Positions 61,486-64,000 of a stretch of DNA of 64,000 bases are shown one piece after another. Source of the DNA: a bacterium (GTDB taxonomy: Bacteria > Patescibacteriota > UBA1384 > CAILIB01); assembly GCA_037131105.1 (NCBI GenBank), contig JBAXRQ010000002.1:94100-158099 (forward strand), in the 5' to 3' direction. Below the pieces are notes generated by a model. It made no database searches and was not told the origin of the DNA. It saw only the letters and a list, made by a program, of their open reading frames with translations. The position numbers and the translations under genes are program-made. Each line of letters opens with the position of its first letter. Within the stretch, counting starts at the first letter, position 1.

Positions 61486-63603
61486 TTACCACTTACCGGT
61501 AGTACCGACTTTTGATTTAAGGGTCGCACAGGTCTGCTCTTCTCCAGCGTTATTGATGCCCAGCGGACCAAGCACAGCGTGCATGAAGGGAATGCCTGGA
61601 TCGGTACGGTGGAACTTCTGTTCTGCACCGGTCTGAATCACCCTACAGTCGGCGATCATGTGAGAGATGACGTCACCTGAAGGGATGCCGTATTTCTGCT
61701 GGAGGTACTTGACTAGCTTGGTGTTTGAAGCCACCTGTGCCGAGGTGAAGTTATGGCCCGCCCTTCCGTTTTCGAAGTCGCCCTCATTTTCCACCGATAT
61801 GGTGACTCCTCCGTTGGCCACGTTGTAGTGAGAGACACCCGCGGTTTGTTTTGTCTCTGGTAAGAACTGGTAGATGGTACCGTCCTTACCTACTACGAAC
61901 TGGACATATTTTTGTCCGTCGCCAGAAACTTTCATCGAGTTGTTGAACTGATCCCAGGCCTGCTGGACGGTCTCGTCAGGGTCTGTACTGTGGTCGCCGT
62001 AGGTGGAAAGGTAATGCAGAGCGATCACCTTAGGCATGGCGTAGTTGTGGTTGATGTTGGGATTTGTCTCTGTAGCGGCAGTGAGTGGCTTCTGGGTGCA
62101 GAACGTACAGATGCCCTTGTCTGCAGGTATGGACGTAACCAGTCCGGTCGATCCGGTTGAGGGAGGCCCAGTCAGTGCTACTGGACCGAGAGGCGTGTTT
62201 TGGTCTTTGACGATGGCGACAGTAACCCGGTTGTCGTTATCCTTGGGGGTTCTGTCAGCGTTAATGCCGTCCTGTTTGTCGTAACCCTTGCCGGGATTAG
62301 TCAGTCCGAGGGCATAGAATACCTCTGTAGTGGCACCGGCGCCGATCCCGTTTCGGCGTACTACATAGGAGTTAGGTCCGCAGTCGTCGATGCTGACGAC
62401 TACGCTCTTGTGGGTCTCTACGCTGGTAACCAGGAGCTTCTTTTTCCCCCAGGCATGACTGTAACCTCCATGACAGCCATCCAAATTCTTGTCGTATGCC
62501 CAGGGCTCGTTGAATAACCAGCGTTCCTGTTCAGGTGTCATCTTGCCAAAGGAGGCGCCCTGCCCACGATTCTTGGTATCGGTAGTGGGGTAGATCTTGC
62601 CAGAGTCTACTCCGGCATAATGGGTGCCAGTGATCATTTTATCCGCCATATGACTCTCATGTCCTAACTTGGTATCTGGAAATGGGAGGACCAGGCCGTC
62701 CAGGCTGGCTACTGTCTCTACGTTCGCAGTACCGTTAACACCCACAGCAGTGGGTGTGTCGCCGAAGGCTATGGAGGAGAGGGAGATAATCAGAACCACT
62801 ACAAGGATAATAATAAACAACACAGAGCTGATTGCTATTATCAGGATATCCCTCCTATGCTTGACTGCCCATTTTGTAGCTATTTCTCCTGCAACACCTG
62901 TTCCTGTGGCTGCCCCCACAGCCTTGGCGCCGGCATCTACTGCCATGTCCTTTACCTGGGATTTAGCATTTCCCCCTGTTGTCGCATGGGCTAGGGGGTT
63001 GCTGCTGAGGCTACTTGAGGAGGCAGCCGCAGACCCGGCCAGGCTTGCGGTAGTCCCAGACTTTTCACCCGCAGCTTTTCCAGCCACAGATGCAGCTCCG
63101 CCTCCGGCTTTTCCGGTCTGATTGGCCGGATTGGCGGTGAGCTGATATCCACCACTGCCGCCGGTGGTAATGTTGGCTTTGGGCTGGGGGCCGCCGCTTA
63201 GGTTGCCTGGGCCGGGCAGGGCGGCTCCAGCAGGAGAGACGTTCTGAGCGGCCACGGCATCAGGTGCTACGCCGGCCTCAGTCCGGCGTATGCTTTGAGG
63301 GTTCGCAATGGTCTGGTCAGGTCCCAGGCTCTGGTTATAGTAGGCAGTTGGATTAGGGGTTGTCCCACTGGTCTGGGTGGTCTCAGGAGCCTGGGCAGAG
63401 CCACTAGTCGCGGTGGTATCGGCGGGAGTACTGGAGGTAGAAGCTGTAGTCTCAGTGGTCCGAGGAGCCTCTCCCCCCTGGCTCTGGGTGACTGGTTCAG
63501 TGAAACTAGGCTCGGCAAGCTCCTGCTCACCAAGCTCCTGCTCGGACTCCTCGTCTAAGAGCCCGGCTAGCTCTTCCCCAGTGTCGACCTCTTCTACAGG
63601 CAT
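61486..63603 (-). CDS. Bitopic protein with RlpA-like DPBB and Amidase_2 domains
   Basis: Acidic/low-complexity N-terminus, TM, KSVVVSIDDCGP (DPBB), IALHY...DGTIYQ...SVENEG...VISH...TDPG (amidase). Confidence 0.8.
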   Translation of the reverse strand: MPVEEVDTGEELAGLLDEESEQELGEQELAEPSFTEPVTQSQGGEAPRTTETTASTSSTPADTTATSGSAQAPETTQTSGTTPNPTAYYNQSLGPDQTIANPQSIRRTEAGVAPDAVAAQNVSPAGAALPGPGNLSGGPQPKANITTGGSGGYQLTANPANQTGKAGGGAASVAGKAAGEKSGTTASLAGSAAASSSSLSSNPLAHATTGGNAKSQVKDMAVDAGAKAVGAATGTGVAGEIATKWAVKHRRDILIIAISSVLFIIILVVVLIISLSSIAFGDTPTAVGVNGTANVETVASLDGLVLPFPDTKLGHESHMADKMITGTHYAGVDSGKIYPTTDTKNRGQGASFGKMTPEQERWLFNEPWAYDKNLDGCHGGYSHAWGKKKLLVTSVETHKSVVVSIDDCGPNSYVVRRNGIGAGATTEVFYALGLTNPGKGYDKQDGINADRTPKDNDNRVTVAIVKDQNTPLGPVALTGPPSTGSTGLVTSIPADKGICTFCTQKPLTAATETNPNINHNYAMPKVIALHYLSTYGDHSTDPDETVQQAWDQFNNSMKVSGDGQKYVQFVVGKDGTIYQFLPETKQTAGVSHYNVANGGVTISVENEGDFENGRAGHNFTSAQVASNTKLVKYLQQKYGIPSGDVISHMIADCRVIQTGAEQKFHRTDPGIPFMHAVLGPLGINNAGEEQTCATLKSKVGTTGKW

Positions 63604-63612
63604 GCTTCGTGC

Positions 63613-64000
63613 TTAATTACCGCCGCCGCGCATGGCGAGCAGCTGCTTTGGATCGGTGGTAATGATCTGGTCTTCAGTGTAGGAGGCAGTAATCTTGATA
63701 GCTACGTGGTTCAGTCCGGCGAAGAAGAGGCCTTCCCCTACCGCTGCATTGAGCAGCAGATACTTTTCCTGTTCGGTCAGGTTGAATACGTTCGAGATCA
63801 CGTCAATGGATGAGGTGGACTGCTTCAGGAGTACCTGCATCGATGAGTTCGACACCACCGCCTTTCCGTACTTATTGGAGAGGAAGTCCTCAACGTCCTG
63901 GGAGATGATGGTAAGACCGAGGAAATACTTACGGGCGCGCTTGGCTAGACCGTACAGGAAGCGGGCCGAGTCCTCGTACTGCATCATCCACCAGGCTTCA
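63613..64000 (-). CDS. VirB4-like (DUF87/HerA-FtsK) ATPase, C-terminal part
   Basis: (D)EAWWMM, RARKYFLGL..ISQDVEDFL, LLKQS, GEGLFFAG. Confidence 0.9.
   Translation of the reverse strand, partial: EAWWMMQYEDSARFLYGLAKRARKYFLGLTIISQDVEDFLSNKYGKAVVSNSSMQVLLKQSTSSIDVISNVFNLTEQEKYLLLNAAVGEGLFFAGLNHVAIKITASYTEDQIITTDPKQLLAMRGGGN

Noticed and set aside
1-64000. Alternative genetic code (UGA=Gly) or parS sites
   Set aside because: TGA ends normal-length genes (e.g. ruvX, mreC, dnaN); no TGTTTCACGTGAAACA-like palindrome spotted by eye

Overview
This is a chromosomal window of a Patescibacteria/CPR-like bacterium. The taxonomy is inferred from gene content: short AlaRS, MEMO-CapA fusion, FtsA-like plus baseplate-J-like pair, VirB4/pilin cluster, and few Shine-Dalgarno sites. 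TGA is used as a stop. The window spans the replication origin (recF-dnaN-oriC-dnaA ... rpmH-rnpA-yidD-yidC-tRNA-Ser), housekeeping genes (ndk, secA, serS, lysS, greA, alaS, rnj), a cell-shape cluster (ftsA-like, ruvX, mltG, mreBCD, mrdA) and, at the right end, a VirB4/pilin/PilB surface-apparatus cluster with several cell-wall hydrolase domains. Four observations stand out. (1) A 2315-aa secreted protein appears to carry an M15/LAS-type metallopeptidase domain split into N- and C-terminal halves about 1,960 residues apart by a repetitive helical insert. (2) A family of covarying intergenic hairpins (TGAGAC-GTA..GNA..TAC-GTCGA) has features of single-stranded DNA structures and is clustered beside the DnaA boxes. 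(3) A roughly 1-kb transcription unit has structured 5' and 3' regions that can base-pair around a small ORF. (4) A structured leader or sRNA precedes greA. All calls come from reading motifs by eye; no database searches were run.
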